Shown piece by piece: positions 25,869 through 39,555 of a DNA stretch of 64,000 nt. Below the pieces are notes generated by a model. It was given only the letters and a program-made list of their open reading frames with translations. It searched no databases and was not told the DNA's origin. The position numbers and the translations under genes are program-made. Each line of letters starts with the position of its first letter. The stretch's first letter is position 1. The DNA comes from Camelus ferus (lineage: Eukaryota). The stretch lies in the NCBI RefSeq assembly GCF_009834535.1, contig NC_045697.1, positions 14,882,001 to 14,946,000 on the forward strand. The letters are read 5' to 3'.

Positions 25869-26300
25869 TACAGTAGGTTAAACGGTCTCCCCGACAAAAA
25901 GATATATCCACATTTAACCCCTAGAATCACTGAATAGGAAATTACTGCAGATGTAATTAAGTTAAGGATCTTGAGATCATCTTGTATTACCTGAATGGGC
26001 CCTAAATCCAATGACAAGTGTCTTTATAAAAAACAGGAAAAAAAAAAAAGAGGAAAAGGCCATGTGAAGATAAAAGCAGATATTGGAGTTACGCAGCCAC
26101 AAACCAAGGGATACTTGGAGCCACCAAAATTAGGGAGGCAAGGAAGAAGCCTCACCTAGAGACTTAAGAGGGAGTATATCCTGATCACATTTTTATTTTA
26201 GACTTCTGGCCTCCAGAACTGTGAAAGAATACATCTCTGATTTCTTTTGTGCTACCAAGTTTGTAGTCGTTTATTATGACAGCCCTATAAAACTATTATT
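25869..26300 (+). mobile_element. MaLR solo LTR (MLT1B/C-like) nested in L1
   Basis: gcagatgtaattaagttaaggatcttgagat...ggccctaaatccaatgacaagtgtc...gacttctggcctccagaactgtga; 5-bp TSD tatga (25864) / tatgg (26301). Confidence 0.88.
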
Positions 26301-26482
26301 TATGGTAAGGCTATGTTTAATGTTTTGAGGAACTACCAGACTGTGTTTCCAAAGCAGTTTGTGCCATTTTACATTCCTACTAGCAATGTATGGAGTTCTA
26401 GTTTCTCCACATCCTTGTCAACACTTGTTATTATCTTTTTTGTTCAAAACTATAATAGCGAATGTGAAGTAGTACCTCAATG

Positions 26483-27250
26483 TATTTTATTTTTAATTGA
26501 AATATAGGTGACATAATATTATGTCAGTTTAAGTTGTACATTGTGATTTTACATTTGCATATATTATGAAGTAATCACTATGGTAAGTGTAGTAACCATC
26601 TATCCCCATATAAACTTATTACAATATTACTGACTATAATCCTTATGCTGTATATTATATCCCCATGGCTCATTTTACAACTGGAGGTTGTACCTCTTAA
26701 GCTCCTTCACCTATTTTGACCCCCCTTCCTCTCTGGCAGCCATTTGTCTGTTCTCTGTATCTAAGAGTCTGCTTTCATTTTGCTTTGATTGTTTGTTTTG
26801 TATTTTAGATTCCACATATAAGTGAGATCATACAGTATTTGTATTCCTCTGACTAAGTTCACTTAGCATAATACCCTCTAGATCCATCCATGGTGTCGTA
26901 AATGGCAAGATTTCATTTTCATTTTTTATGACTCAGTAATATTCCATTGTACATAAATACCACATCTTTCTTTATCTATTCATCATCAATGGACACTTAG
27001 GTTGCTTCCATATTTTAGCTGTGGTAAATAATTCTATAATAAATATTGATGTGTATATATCTTTTTGAATTAGTGTTTATGTTTTATTCAGATAAATTTC
27101 CAGAAGTAAAACTGCTGGATTACATGGCAATTCTATTTAATTTTTTGAGGAACTCCGTACTAGTTTCCATAGTGGCTGCACCAATTTACAATACCATGAA
27201 CAGTGCACAAGGGGTCCCTTTTCTCTACATCCTCACTAACACTTGTTATT
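26483..27250 (-). mobile_element. Younger laurasiatherian L1 3' end nested in the ancient L1
   Basis: ttttagattccacatataagtgagatcatacagtatttg...cacttagcataataccctctagatccatccatg; splits the host motif ctcaatgt|agttttgatttgcat. Confidence 0.82.
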
Positions 27251-30200
27251 TATTTAGTTTTGATTTGCATCCACTTGATGGTGAATCATGTTTACCATTT
27301 TTTTCATGTGCTTACTGGCTATTTATGTATCTTTGGAGATGTGTCTATTCAGATTTTTGCTCATTTTAAAATTGGATTTTTTGTTTTTATTATTAATTTA
27401 TGATTACTTTGTTATCTAGGTAAATGTTCCTGATTTTATATATGATTTGCAAATATTTTCTCCCATTCTATAGGTTGTGTTTTCATTTTCTTGATGTTGT
27501 TTTTTGGAGCAAAAAAGCTTTTAATTTTAATGCAATTTATCTTTATTTTCTTTTGCCACTTGAGCTTCTGGCCTCATATCTAAGAACCTTTCACCTAACC
27601 AAGGTCTTGAAGATATATACTTCATTTTTATGTGCATTATGAGGAAGGGATCCAATTTTATTCTTTTTCACATGGATTCTTTTTTATTCTTTTTCATGTG
27701 GATTATTTTTCAGTTGTCTAGAATTATTTGTTGAAAAGGCTATTTTTTCTTCTTTTTTAATTGTTTTGGCCCCCTTGTCAAAAATCATCAATCATAAATC
27801 TGAAGATCTATGACTGGACTTTTAGTTCTTTCCATGTATCTATGTTTATCCTTATCTCAGTTGCATACTTTCTTATCACATATTTTCTTGATTACTACAG
27901 CATTTTCGTAAGCTTTGAAACTGAGGAATGTGAGCTCTCTAACTTTTTTTTTCTTACAAGATTGCTCTGGCTATTATGAGTCTCTTTAATTCACATATGA
28001 CTTTTAAGGCCAGCTTGTCAATTTCTGCAAAAACTTCCAGCTGAGATTTTGATAGGAATTCTGATAAATCTATAGATTACTTTGAGAAGCATGTCATTTT
28101 TAATAATATTAACTCTTCTGATCCAAGAACATGGAATGTCATTTGATTTATTTATATCTTTATTTTTTCACAATATTTTGTAGTTTCAGAGTATAATTTT
28201 TAACCTTCTTTTGTTCAATTTATTCCTAAGTAATATATTCTTTTTGATGCTGTCATAAATGGAACTGTCTTCTTAATTTCATTTTTCAGATTATTCATTG
28301 CTAGCACATAAAAATACCATTGATATTTGTATACTGACATCATATACTGTAATTTTTCTGGACTTACTTGCTCTAATTGTTTAGTGTGAGTAGGTGGATT
28401 CCTCATGTTTCAAAATACAAGATGATGTTATCTGCAAATAGAGATACTTTTATTTCTTCCTGTCCAGTCTGATTTATTTTTATTTTTTCCTTACCTAATT
28501 GCCCCTGCTAGAACTTCTTTAAAATGTCACATTAAAATAGCAACAGTAGACATCCTTGTTTTTTCTGATCCTACAGGGAAAATATTCTGTCATTCACCAT
28601 TAAATATGATTTTAACTGTAGGTTTTTTGTATATGCTGTCTATCAGGTTGAGGGCTTTTATAATAAAAGGATGTTCGGTTTTGTCAAATGCTTTTTCTGA
28701 ATTTATTGAGATGATTTTCTAGTTTTTATCCTTTATTCTATGGATATGGTATTATATTAATTAATTTTTGTATGTTAAAATAACTGTATTCCTAGGATAA
28801 ATCCCATTTTTTTCATAGTGTATAACCCTTTTTCATATTTATAAGAGATTTTGGTTTCATGTAATGTCTATGTCGGATTTTGGTATAAGGATAATACTTG
28901 CCTCCTAGAATGGGCTGGAGATTGTTTCTTCATCTTCTTCTTCTTCTTTTTTTTTTTTTTTTGGAATAGTTTATAAAGAATAGTAATTATAAATGTTTCA
29001 AAGAATTCACCAAGGAAGTCATCTGGGCCTGAGCTTTAATTTGTGGGAAATTATTAAATCTCTAGTTCTACCTCATTACTTGTTACAGGCCTACTTAGAT
29101 TTTCTATTTCACTTTAAGTGAGTTTTGGTAGTTTGTTTCTCTAAAAATTTATGTTATCTAAGTTACCTAATTTGTTGACCCTCATACAGATGTTTATAGC
29201 ATTCCCTTGTGATTCTTTTTATTTCTGTAAGGTAGTAGTGATGTCTCCTCTCTCCTGATTTTATTAATTTGAGCCTTTTTCTTTTTTTCTTAATCAATTT
29301 AGATAAATATTTGTCAAATCTGTTGATTTTTTTCAAAGAACCAGTTATGTTCCACTGATTTTTACTGTTTTATATTGTCAATCTGATTTATTTATTCTAA
29401 ATTTATTATTTACTTTCTTCAGCTTTGAGGGGTTTAGCTTGCTCTTTTTTAAAAGTGTTTTTCTCCTTAAGTTGGCAAGTTAGGTCATTGATTTGATCAT
29501 TTTTCTTTTTATAATATAGATATTTATAGTTACACATTTCTCTCTAAGCACTGTTTAGCTGCATCCAGTAAGTTTTGGTATGTCTGTCTTCATTTTTATT
29601 TGCCTCAAAGTATTTTCTAATTTTGTTTGTGATTTTTTTGACCCATTGGTTACTTAGGAGTTTGGTGCTTAATTTTCCCATAATTGTAAATTTCTAAATC
29701 TTTTTGTTATAAATTTCTAATTTCGTTCTATTGTAGTCTAAGAACATAACTTTGTATAATGTCAATCCTTTAAAATTTATTGTGGCTTGTTTTATGTCCT
29801 AATATATGGTTTGTTTTAGAGAATGTTCCACGTACACTTGAAACAATATGTATTCTCCTGTTTGGCATTGGAGTGTTCTTATATTTATTAGTTTCCACTG
29901 TTCATAGTGTTGTTCAAGTCTTCTATTTTCTTGAGATTCTGACTAGTTCAGAATTTATTTTTTATTTTAATAAATATATTTTAAAATGCTCATTTTGTTC
30001 TCCCATGTCTCATAAAAGTATTAAAATGAATAATAATCTAGCATGATCAACAGATGGATGAGCTTCCCTTTTCCAGATTAAAGTTGGACTTATGGCTGCT
30101 TTCTACTCACAGGATTCACTACACACCCTTTTCCTTGTCTCAATCAATTCTAAATCTGAACAAAAAGATTATTTTACCTAATATGACAGCTTATAAGTCA

Positions 30201-33200
30201 GGGGGAGTAAAAACTGGGTTTACTTAACTCTCATCAGTTGTCTAGGGTAATGTCCAGTGTCCTGGAGGACCCCCAGTTGCAAGCTTTCCCCTCATTCCCA
30301 TTATACTGGCTTGCTTGCTGTCTTGAAGCAGAAAGATCTGTGGATACAGATGGATCTAAGTATAAAATGACTCTAGAACTTAGTAGATAAAAGAGGCATT
30401 TGCCCAACTTCTCTTCCTCTGTCTTCTAATCAGGATATTAGACATAAAAACATCTATTTTACAGGATTGTAATAAATGTTAAAATACGATAAAATCATTA
30501 TAGCACATAGCACATAATAGCACTCTCCTCAACATACAAATAACCATTCTTAGCTTCCCACCCTGTTTTCTGGCCTTATCCTCACAATCTCAGCTAGAAG
30601 TTGAGCTCAATCTGAAGCCAAAACTTCTGACCTATTTTCACATTCTGTCCAGTACCTGCGAATAAATGATTTTCTTTTAGGGGGCAAGGACGGTAAGAAT
30701 CAAGTGTCCTCTCATCCTGTATCTCCAGCTTTCAGCTGGAATTCTTCTGTGAATGAACTGACCACCTGGTCCCACAGAGCTGTTAGAAATTAGCATCCTT
30801 CTCCTACAACACTCGAGTTCACCATGATTCTTTATATTCTAAGCACCACCTTTGCAGGTACTGCTACCTGAGACCAGAATCACCTTCCTGCATAGTTCTG
30901 TTGCTTCCATATTTTTCTATTTATTCAGGTTAAAATCCAAAAATCCTTAGGACTTGGCTGAGCCAAATTATGGACAGTAAACACTGAATTCCAGGGTCAT
31001 ACTGAGAATGTTCATACTATACAGTAGATACAGCCGACACTTCAGGGAACTTACAGTTACTCAACATGGGCCCAGACAATCCCTTAATCTAGGCCAGATG
31101 GCAAACTGATCATTAACTTCACTCTGATGGACTTGTTTTTCCCCCAAATGAGCTATTATAATTAATTATCTGTTATCTGACATTTTATCAACAAATAGCA
31201 TCTACTAACTAACATTTACACTGCCAGTTCAATGATAATTAATTTTCATAGTGATAACCTGTGGCACTAAAAGATTCAGAAATCATTTAGAATACAGAGA
31301 GTGAGGGAAAGTAAGAGTAAAATAGAGAATTAGAGACAATGAAATAGACAGGTCAAATAATGCTCAGCATGTTTTAATATTAAAGATACAACACATCATT
31401 TTTGTGATGTCCTCAAAACTCCATCCAGCCTACAAAAATACCCCACATAACATCCCCTAATGGAGCTCCTATCAGGAAAATCAACATACTTTAGAGTTGG
31501 CTGGATCTTTTCCAAAATGCATTCCACTCCCCTCACCCTAAAGCCATAATGTGACCCTTTCAGAGCACTGGTCAGTAGAGGTGGAGCAAACTCATCTAAT
31601 CCTGAAAGAAATAATACATCAGTGCCCTTTATTATATTTACCACCCTACACTTTAAAAAGAAACAATCTCTCTTTCCCTGACCCTAAGGCTTTTCATAAT
31701 AGTCAGAAATCTTTTCTGACATATAGCACGGCAAGAACCTAAGTGGAAAAAAAAATTAAAACAAAGCTGATACAGTAACTTTTCATCTGGGTTTTACATT
31801 ATTTGTATTGCTTAAGGATTACTAATTCCACAACAGAAATGGTGTCCTGTTGAGTACACAGTAGGCATTCAAGGCATTTTGGTTTAAGAAAGATAAGTGA
31901 GGAAATGTGATAAATGCCTGAATGAAATGTCTTTCCAACTTGAAGAGTTTCTCTGTATTTGGATTTGCTATGGAAGTTTATCTGTTCATGGACACAACAC
32001 CTCAATATGTGCAGCTTCCCCTGGGAGCTGGTGCCCCCTTCTCAGTGATGGTAGAACCACTTGAGAGTTACTACATTAGAATGGACTGGCCTCAAAACCA
32101 ACGCAATCTCCCTCTCCGAAATAATAAATGAAAAGAAGCAACAAAATACGTACATTTCTATGAACAGATGCCACATGCTCAGAGAATTCACATGAGATAT
32201 GCCCAGTGGATATATGAACATATGATGAGAATTTCGGAATTGGGATTTTGAGACTCCCAGAATCTTGTTGTCATACTGAATCTAACTTTCGAGTAAAGGG
32301 AGCATGGTATTTATTGAAAGTCTGAAGGTCATCGTGACCCATTTCTGGAGTTTCTGAGGCCCTTTCCCACTTTATTTCATCAAATGGGCATGCTATATTG
32401 GTCAGGTTAAATTCTTAATGCCAGATGACTCAGGGTCACTGAGGATGTGGCCATACTGACAAAGGAGACACATGAAACTTTAGGAAACCTCCTTACATCT
32501 CATCTGTGTGGGCAGAGAACCTTGGGTAGCATCAGCAGACCCTGAAAGATCCTGTTACATGTAAAGCTGGTACTGATGGTAACAAACCTGGAAGATCTGT
32601 CCCGAGAAATCTCCTGTGAGAGTTATGAGCAGGACAGACTAACCACCCTCTAATAAGTTTACTGGAGAAAATATAGGGCTACATAATCACGTGCCTGACT
32701 TCTTTTACAAACCAGGTTCTAAAGAGTGGAGAAGATAATATTCCCAGATGCAGAGTCAAAAGTGACAAGAGAGACTAGGACGATCAGATAATAACTAGAA
32801 GAACTAAAAATGCACTAGCAGAGACGATACACATTAGGAAGGAAGAAGAGGCGGCCAAGTTTGGAGAAAGTCCTGAGCTCATGCTCTTGCGTGGCAGAGC
32901 AGAAGCCGGGCAAGGCAAGCAAGGGAGCATCTCCTCAAAGTGTAAGCTCTGGGCTTCCGCTGCAAGAATACTAGCTCTGAGCAACACCTGTCACCATGGC
33001 AGAGCAGGCAAGGAAGACCCAATCCCAAAGGGAAACATTGCAGACCAAGAAAAAGCTTGGTGGGTTCTGCTTTGATCACACATGCTATGCAGTGCACTCT
33101 TGTTCTCCTGCACTGTAGGCTCACAGTAATCCATACATACAACTGTGTATGTTGTGCAGGTACCTCTTCAAATCTAACGGCATCCCACTTTATGGGGGCT

Positions 33201-33435
33201 GGAATCACAGCGGCGGCTGTGTGCCTCTGGTTTTGGGGTCACCCAGAGAGTAAAAGGAAATCCAGGATGAATGTTTCTCATTGCAGTCTTAGTAAGATCT
33301 TGGAAAGTGCTTTCTGAGTAATTTTCTCTTCAGTTGTATGATGGCTAAATTTAAAGGTTGGACAAAATTTGATTTAGTTTAAGTGAACTCTCACTTTCAC
33401 TTAACTAAAACAAAGTAAATCCTGTTTAACCCTTT

Positions 33436-33456
33436 TGTGTGTGTGTGTGTGTGTGT
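33436..33456. repeat. (TG)~10 microsatellite
   Basis: TG dinucleotide run. Confidence 0.9.
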
Positions 33457-34397
33457 TTAAATTCTTAAATCAAAACAGCTTCCTTATTACCATTGAAATT
33501 TGTACTTTCATACAAATTGCTCAATATCATCTATTAATTCTTTACACACAGAAAGACATAGTTCTCCAAAAACTATGTTGGTCCTTCTAAACTTATATTG
33601 TAAAACACACACAAACAGAATAGAACATTTTAAAAATAAAATCTACATCATTTTGTTATAGCCAATAATTCCTTTTTAAAAATTATTTTGGACTTCTTCA
33701 CAAGTTAATAATCAGTAGAGAGTAAATTTTTTTCGCAGAAGAAAAAATATCTTTTATATATGACATATTCGAAAAGGTACTCTCTTCATTAAAAAAAAAA
33801 GAATATTACAAGCACCTTTAAAAATATAATCCTTGCTTTCCTTCCAATGATAAAACTTTGTAGTAAATTAACTCAGGAAAGAAAAACGTTTTTCCTGGTC
33901 AGTTAGGGATTTTTCAGACAGCTCCTCTACTGCCCTCTAAAGCTCAAGAGCAACATAACAACTCCACTTTGAAGACAGTAATTTATTCACTTAAAGTACT
34001 AGAATTATTAACACCCCAAAGAGAATCAGACTCATTAGGTCCTGGTCTCAATGCAGTGTGGCCAGGCACATCTGCTTAAATGCAAGGTCTACAGTTAAGA
34101 CAAGACCTGAGACAGAATAGAGAACCCAGAAAGTAGGTGATTTTATCCCCGATGCCAGAGTTAAGCGGGTCCCTATTACTCACATTTTAATATATGACCT
34201 GATCACACCAGTAGCCAGAGATTTGAATTTTAAAACATCCAACCTTTTTGGGATGTTCATAAACTATGTTTTATGTTTTAATATTACCTATGCCATAATT
34301 ATGACAGAGATACATTACAAGAAAACAATGGATTACAGTATAGGTAATACTGAGAATGCCTTCTAAGAAACAGTACATAAAAAAAAACTATGTTTCA

Positions 34398-34507
34398 AAA
34401 AATATGAACGCTAATATATGTTTGTGTATGCATGACTGAGACACTGTGCTGTATACCAGAAATTGACACACTGTAACTGATGGTACTTCAATTAAAAAAA
34501 AAAAATC
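34398..34507 (+). mobile_element. Very short (~110 bp) L1 3' UTR insertion with A-tail and TSD
   Basis: gtatgcatgactgagacactgtgctgtataccagaaattgacaca...ttcaattaaaaaaa, homologous to 45845-45895. TSD aactatg(t/c)ttca at 34386-34397 and 34508-34519. Confidence 0.85.
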
Positions 34508-35384
34508 AACTATGCTTCAGAAAGTGTTGTCTGTTGCTTCATGGGCTCATTTTAATAGTATATATTGGAACACAGTGAGATATGGGGTCTTTAAATGCAG
34601 TCAGATTCTTAGAATTTGAGGATAGACAGCACTGTTTTAGAGAAGGGAGAAAGACATGGGCAAAAAGTAGGCCTTGTGGAACCATTTGTCAGAGGTAGCA
34701 AATGGGGAGAAGTTATCTCTTGTCTGTTCTTTAATGAGGGTGGGGCAGGGAGTAAAGGAAAAAAGATAGGAATAGAAGAAGAAAAATGGGAAAGCAAGAA
34801 GTCAGGAATGAAAAAGCAATATAGAATATTACTGAGCCCCTACTTTGCACTCCATAATTTTATTTGTTCACATAAACATGTAAGGTGTTATCTCTATTTT
34901 AACAGATAAGAAAATTGAATCTCAAAAAAAAAAAAACTTTATTTGATCTAGTCATACAGGTGATAGTTGGCAGAACCAATTGCAGAAAGGAAAGGCAACT
35001 GCATTAGACGTTGCTTGTTTTGCATCTCTCAATGCTTTGACCAAGTAACTTCCTGGGTCCCAGAGAGGCAACTAGCAGGAGAAATGAAAGCATAAAAGGG
35101 GGAAGGAGGAGGAAGCAGTCACAGACCAGAAAGAGGCAGCAAGAGCAATTACAATCTCCGAGCCTTCCTTTGGGGATACACTGAGAAGCTACAGGGAGGC
35201 GGTTCTTTACAAGAGAATCCTTGGCCAAATTCCTGATTCAAGGCCCAGGTATTCATTAAAAATAAATAAGTACATAAGTTGTTATCCCTGGAAGCCTATA
35301 ATCATCAGGATGGTGATTTAACTCTAGCCGTCCATCAGTGGGTGATTGGGATGAGCAGCCAGGGCTGGGCATCAAGGCTTCCAG

Positions 35385-35572
35385 TTCTGTGATTCTCAAA
35401 ATGTGGTCCCTGGACCAGCAGTGTCAGCATCACCTGGGAATTGTCATAAATTTTCAACACTCCCCGACTCCAGGACCCAGTAAACAAGAATCTGTAAGGC
35501 AGGGACCACATATGTATGTTTTAGTAGGCTCTGCAGGGGATTTAGAGGCATGCTCAAGTTTGACAACTAGGT
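35385..35572. mobile_element. MER5A (hAT-Charlie) DNA transposon
   Basis: gtgattctcaaaatgtggtccctggaccagcagtgtcagcatcacctgggaa...tcaagtttgacaact. Confidence 0.85.
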
Positions 35573-36699
35573 TTGGGAAGTCTTTACTTTGTTTAGCATG
35601 TGCTCTGGACTCCTTTCACTGTCAGGTGAGTTTGAGGGGTCCTGCTGTAGGTATTGAGGGGGAACTTTTCCCACAGACTAATAAAAGTGCTCCTTTTTCC
35701 TCGAGAAGGGTATAGTAATTCAGATTCTCCTCCCTCATTTTAGCTGTGAAGTGACTGAAATTACTGCCAATTCTCAGAGTCCTGTTAGATTTGATTTCCT
35801 GACTCGAGGTAGAGGAAGGAAATCTGGTGAGTTACAAAGTTAGGGAACTAGGTAGGAATGATGAGAAAATTACTGATGGTCTTTATCTCTACACTTCAAT
35901 TCTAAAAGGTGAGCATTTTATACCTTTCCATGATTATATAAATGGAGCTGGATGACTTTTCTTATATTTGCATTCTGTGCTCAGAGGCCAGGCTCTGCTA
36001 ATATTTGTATATATTAGCTCTATGGGTTGTGGAAGGGAGAGTGAGACAGTAAACATTCAGTCCACTTAATTTCCTTTTTCACAAGAGCTTTATAACCTCT
36101 ATCTAATTTTAATCCCATATCATATTTGCCAGACAGATATGTTACTTTTTCAATTTCACAGGTTAAGACACAGGCTCCTGCCGCTACTGGCTCAGCTGTG
36201 GATGAGATTCAAAGAGAATTTCTTCTGTCCCTAGATTTTTGACATTCAAATGGGAAAAGCCCATGAGGTCCCTCTGAAGGCAGAAAATGTATCATACATG
36301 ATTTTACATCCCTAACAATGTCTAGTAAAACATCTGATTAAATGATCTGGAAGGTCATTTAATAGATTTCTTGACAAAAACATGTTTATTTAATATTATA
36401 GTTTACATCTGGAGAAGGAAAATGGAATATATACACCAAAGAGTTACATGAGTAAGAAAACCAACTTTGTTGTGTTAATCTGCTGAAATTCGGGGGTTTG
36501 TATATACTGTAAATATCAATATCTTAATGCATGTAAATTCCTCTTTTATATGATAATTTTATTGAGGATAATTTCCATGTTTGGAAAAGTATGAATTCTA
36601 TAGACTTTCATGAGCTGGATTCTTTGCCCAATGGTTTTGAGGAGCCTGATGTGTTTTCCCCCTTTTTGTTCCTCTTCAAGGAGACTTCACTATTTGAGA

Positions 36700-36890
36700 T
36701 ACAGCTCAGAGAGACCTGGATCTAATCCTAGGCTCTTCCATTGATAGATGTGTGAACACAGGCAAACTTACGAGCTTTTCTCCTCTTCTGGCAAAGTAAG
36801 GATTACAAATCCCTATGCTATATAGGATTCTTATGAATATTAGAACTAATATTTGTAAATGCCTAGTATAATGTCTAGTTCATAGCTAGT
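36700..36890 (+). mobile_element. MIR SINE
   Basis: agacctggatctaatcctaggctct...tgtgtgaacacaggcaaactta...ataggattcttatgaatatta. Confidence 0.6.
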
Positions 36891-36897
36891 AGTAGCA

Positions 36898-37250
36898 GTT
36901 GGTGGTAGACTTTCAAAAATATGGGCTGCTACTTCCCAGGGGAGAACTGTACTTTACTGCCCTGTTATCAGTGGGTTTGACTATGTGACTTGCTTTGGGT
37001 AATGAAATATAAGTGGAAAAGATGTGTCACTTGCAAGTTGAAGCCTGACTTCATTTCTTTCTGACATGATGACTGACACTCTTCTAATCAGAAATTGCTG
37101 CATGACTCTGGATCCTGAAATAAAGATGACATGGAGAAAAACCACAGTTGCTCCACAATGACCAATGACAAACTTGTATTGTTGTAAGACATGGGGATGA
37201 GGGGGCCATTTGTTACTATAGAAACCTCAGCTTTAATGACAAACGCATCA
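36898..37250 (+). mobile_element. MaLR solo LTR (MLT1H-like)
   Basis: tttgactatgtgacttgctttgggtaatgaaatataagtggaa...aaacttgtattgttgtaagac...tttgttactatag. Confidence 0.65.
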
Positions 37251-39507
37251 AATATATATTTCTCAACCAGAGAATATGGGGAAAAAATTCTTTAAATTGT
37301 CTAACTCTCCACCAAGAACCAGGATATCTAGCACTTTCCCTGTCCCTCCTTCCTTGCCTCCTGTGAATGACCACTTTACATTAAAAGTAGTGGGCTCCAT
37401 CCCGCCGCACTTTCAAAAGAGGTGGTAAGACTTAGGGAGAATGAAGTATTTTCTGACAGTAGTTGAAAGGCGTTTTAAAAAAAATGAAGATGTGATCTGA
37501 TTTCCATGCCGTCCTTTAGAAGTTCACATTTAATAAACAGAAATTAGGGCTTTACAGAAATTCAATTTACATTATTTTATTAGACTATATAACTTTAGGG
37601 AGTACAAATGGAAGGTTTATAAGAGCGCCATACTTTACAGTGAGGCAAAGGCAGTACTTGAGAAATAACGCAAAAGACTCAGAATTCTTAATCAGGCTAC
37701 AAAATAACAGAACTTGACAGAAACTGACATCTCTGTAGAATAATTCTATACTTCTCAGGCAAATGGCAGAGGCCCAGGGTAAAAAATATTGCCTTTAATT
37801 ATCTTCCATTATGAGTTATATTGATGAGAAATATTTGTCTGAAATTCTAAGCAGTAGGTAAGATTAAAGCAATGAGTCAATGAGAATTTTGTCAATAACT
37901 GTAACTTTCTCATTAATTTCATTGTTATTCTTTTGGGGGGGGCAGGGAACTACCACCATATACCTAGAAATCTGCTACTCCATCGTCCTATTAACTCAGA
38001 GTCTGCAGATGGAAAAAAAAAACAACGTTTTAATGATGATTTTACTCCTCATAGTAAAACACAAGGTAAATTCGCTGAAGTCCTGTGGGCAATGCATGCA
38101 CAGGCCGTGTTCTTACTTTATGGCACATTCTTCAGAAAACCAAAGAGTTAATTCAAAACTATAATGAGGTCATCTCACTCTTCTCTCTCCCACAGTTGCT
38201 TATTCCTTAAAAAGGATGCTTTTTCCAAATAACATCATCTATAAAGATCACATCTTCATGCAGAGGCTGGCCTGGGCCAGGCAGGGCTAAAGGAAGGGGC
38301 AGGACAGGGAAAGAGGAGGTGACAAGCACATTCTGAAAAAGAGCTGCCCTGTGCTGCCTTTCTTATGTTTTTCACAGCTTTCCTTTCATGCCGAATCATA
38401 ACATATTTTTCGTTAGAGGCTTAACTGATGCCATGCCAATCTATTCTCTCCAAAACATTGCTAAAAGGAACACTGCGAAGAATACATACTTCTCTATTTT
38501 TATTTAAACGTGCTTTATAACGTGCCAAGCGTTTACACATCAGATTGCACTTTCCCCCAAGTCAACGCTGAGCTGTATTCAGTGTTGATCAAGCATCCAC
38601 TTAATCAAGCCTCAGGCTGATGCTCATCCTCATCTTGCAGATGAAAAGGAGCTTGAAGACATGACAGAAGTGACATGGAACTCGGGCTATCACACCCACG
38701 GCCCACACCGCATGGGAAATGTCATCACCTACCTGTGGGACCAGTGCTGAGAGCTTGATGGGTTGATAACTAACATTTCCTCACAACTGCAAGTTATGTG
38801 TTAAAATGGTTTAAAAACAAACCATGATTTAACTAATGTTCCAACACTCAAGAGACACTTAGAGTATATATTTAATACTGACCACTGCTGGTATATTTTT
38901 CAAAGAGGCTTTTTGGGTGATGAAAAACAAGTTCTCAGTTCCAGGGCTTGCAAACTGTACTCAGGTGCATTCCATGAAATGCAAATTGAGCTATACTGCA
39001 GATGCACAGGTGAAAACCTTGTGAAACTCTGACACTATAGTTAAGGAATTATTAACTTCCACTTCACTGGTGATTTCTGATTTTGACATGTAAAAATTAC
39101 ATTCACATTTTTTACCCAGTTGTAGATTAAAACCTAGATGATATAAGCCATGTTATTTAATTTTTAATTTCCATAAACTCAATTTAAAATGCATAAACCA
39201 TTTTGTCATGGAAAACATATTTCTCTTCAATACTATGCTATTAAATTTTTATTATTCCTACAGCATCTTTTCACAGACTAGTTCTCTAAAGGAGAAAAAA
39301 TATATATATATATAATCTTATTGCTTTTCATATGAAAACCTAGGATCCTGTCTTCTAGATTAATGGAGTTTGGTTCGAACCTGGTATTTAATAAACATCC
39401 CAGCCCAAAAGCAAAAGGAAAGGTTCACTTCAGGTGTTTCCATCTTCACTTGAGAGACAACTACATTCTATATTTCACAGAGGTAAAATGAGAGAAAAAG
39501 TAATGAA

Positions 39508-39555
39508 TATCTATCTATCTATCTGTCTACCTACCTACCTGTCATCTATCTATCT
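39508..39555. repeat. (TATC)n/(CTAC)n compound tetranucleotide repeat
   Basis: tatctatctatctatctgtctacctacctacctgtcatctatctatct. Confidence 0.85.

Larger units (their letters stand above)
25320..29940 (-). mobile_element. Ancient LINE-1 (L1MA/L1MB-type), 3' UTR plus decayed ORF2, with nested insertions
   Basis: T-rich antisense L1 throughout (e.g. ctttcacttag, gaacattcat, tagattactttgagaag, ttttctgaatttattgagatgat, tctgggcctgagctt); interrupted by MLT1 and a younger L1 3' end. Confidence 0.88.

Noticed and set aside
32780..33320. Cluster of overlapping 64-109 aa ORFs, possible processed pseudogene or RTE remnant
   Set aside because: No recognisable domain or convincing motif; expected in locally GC-richer DNA.
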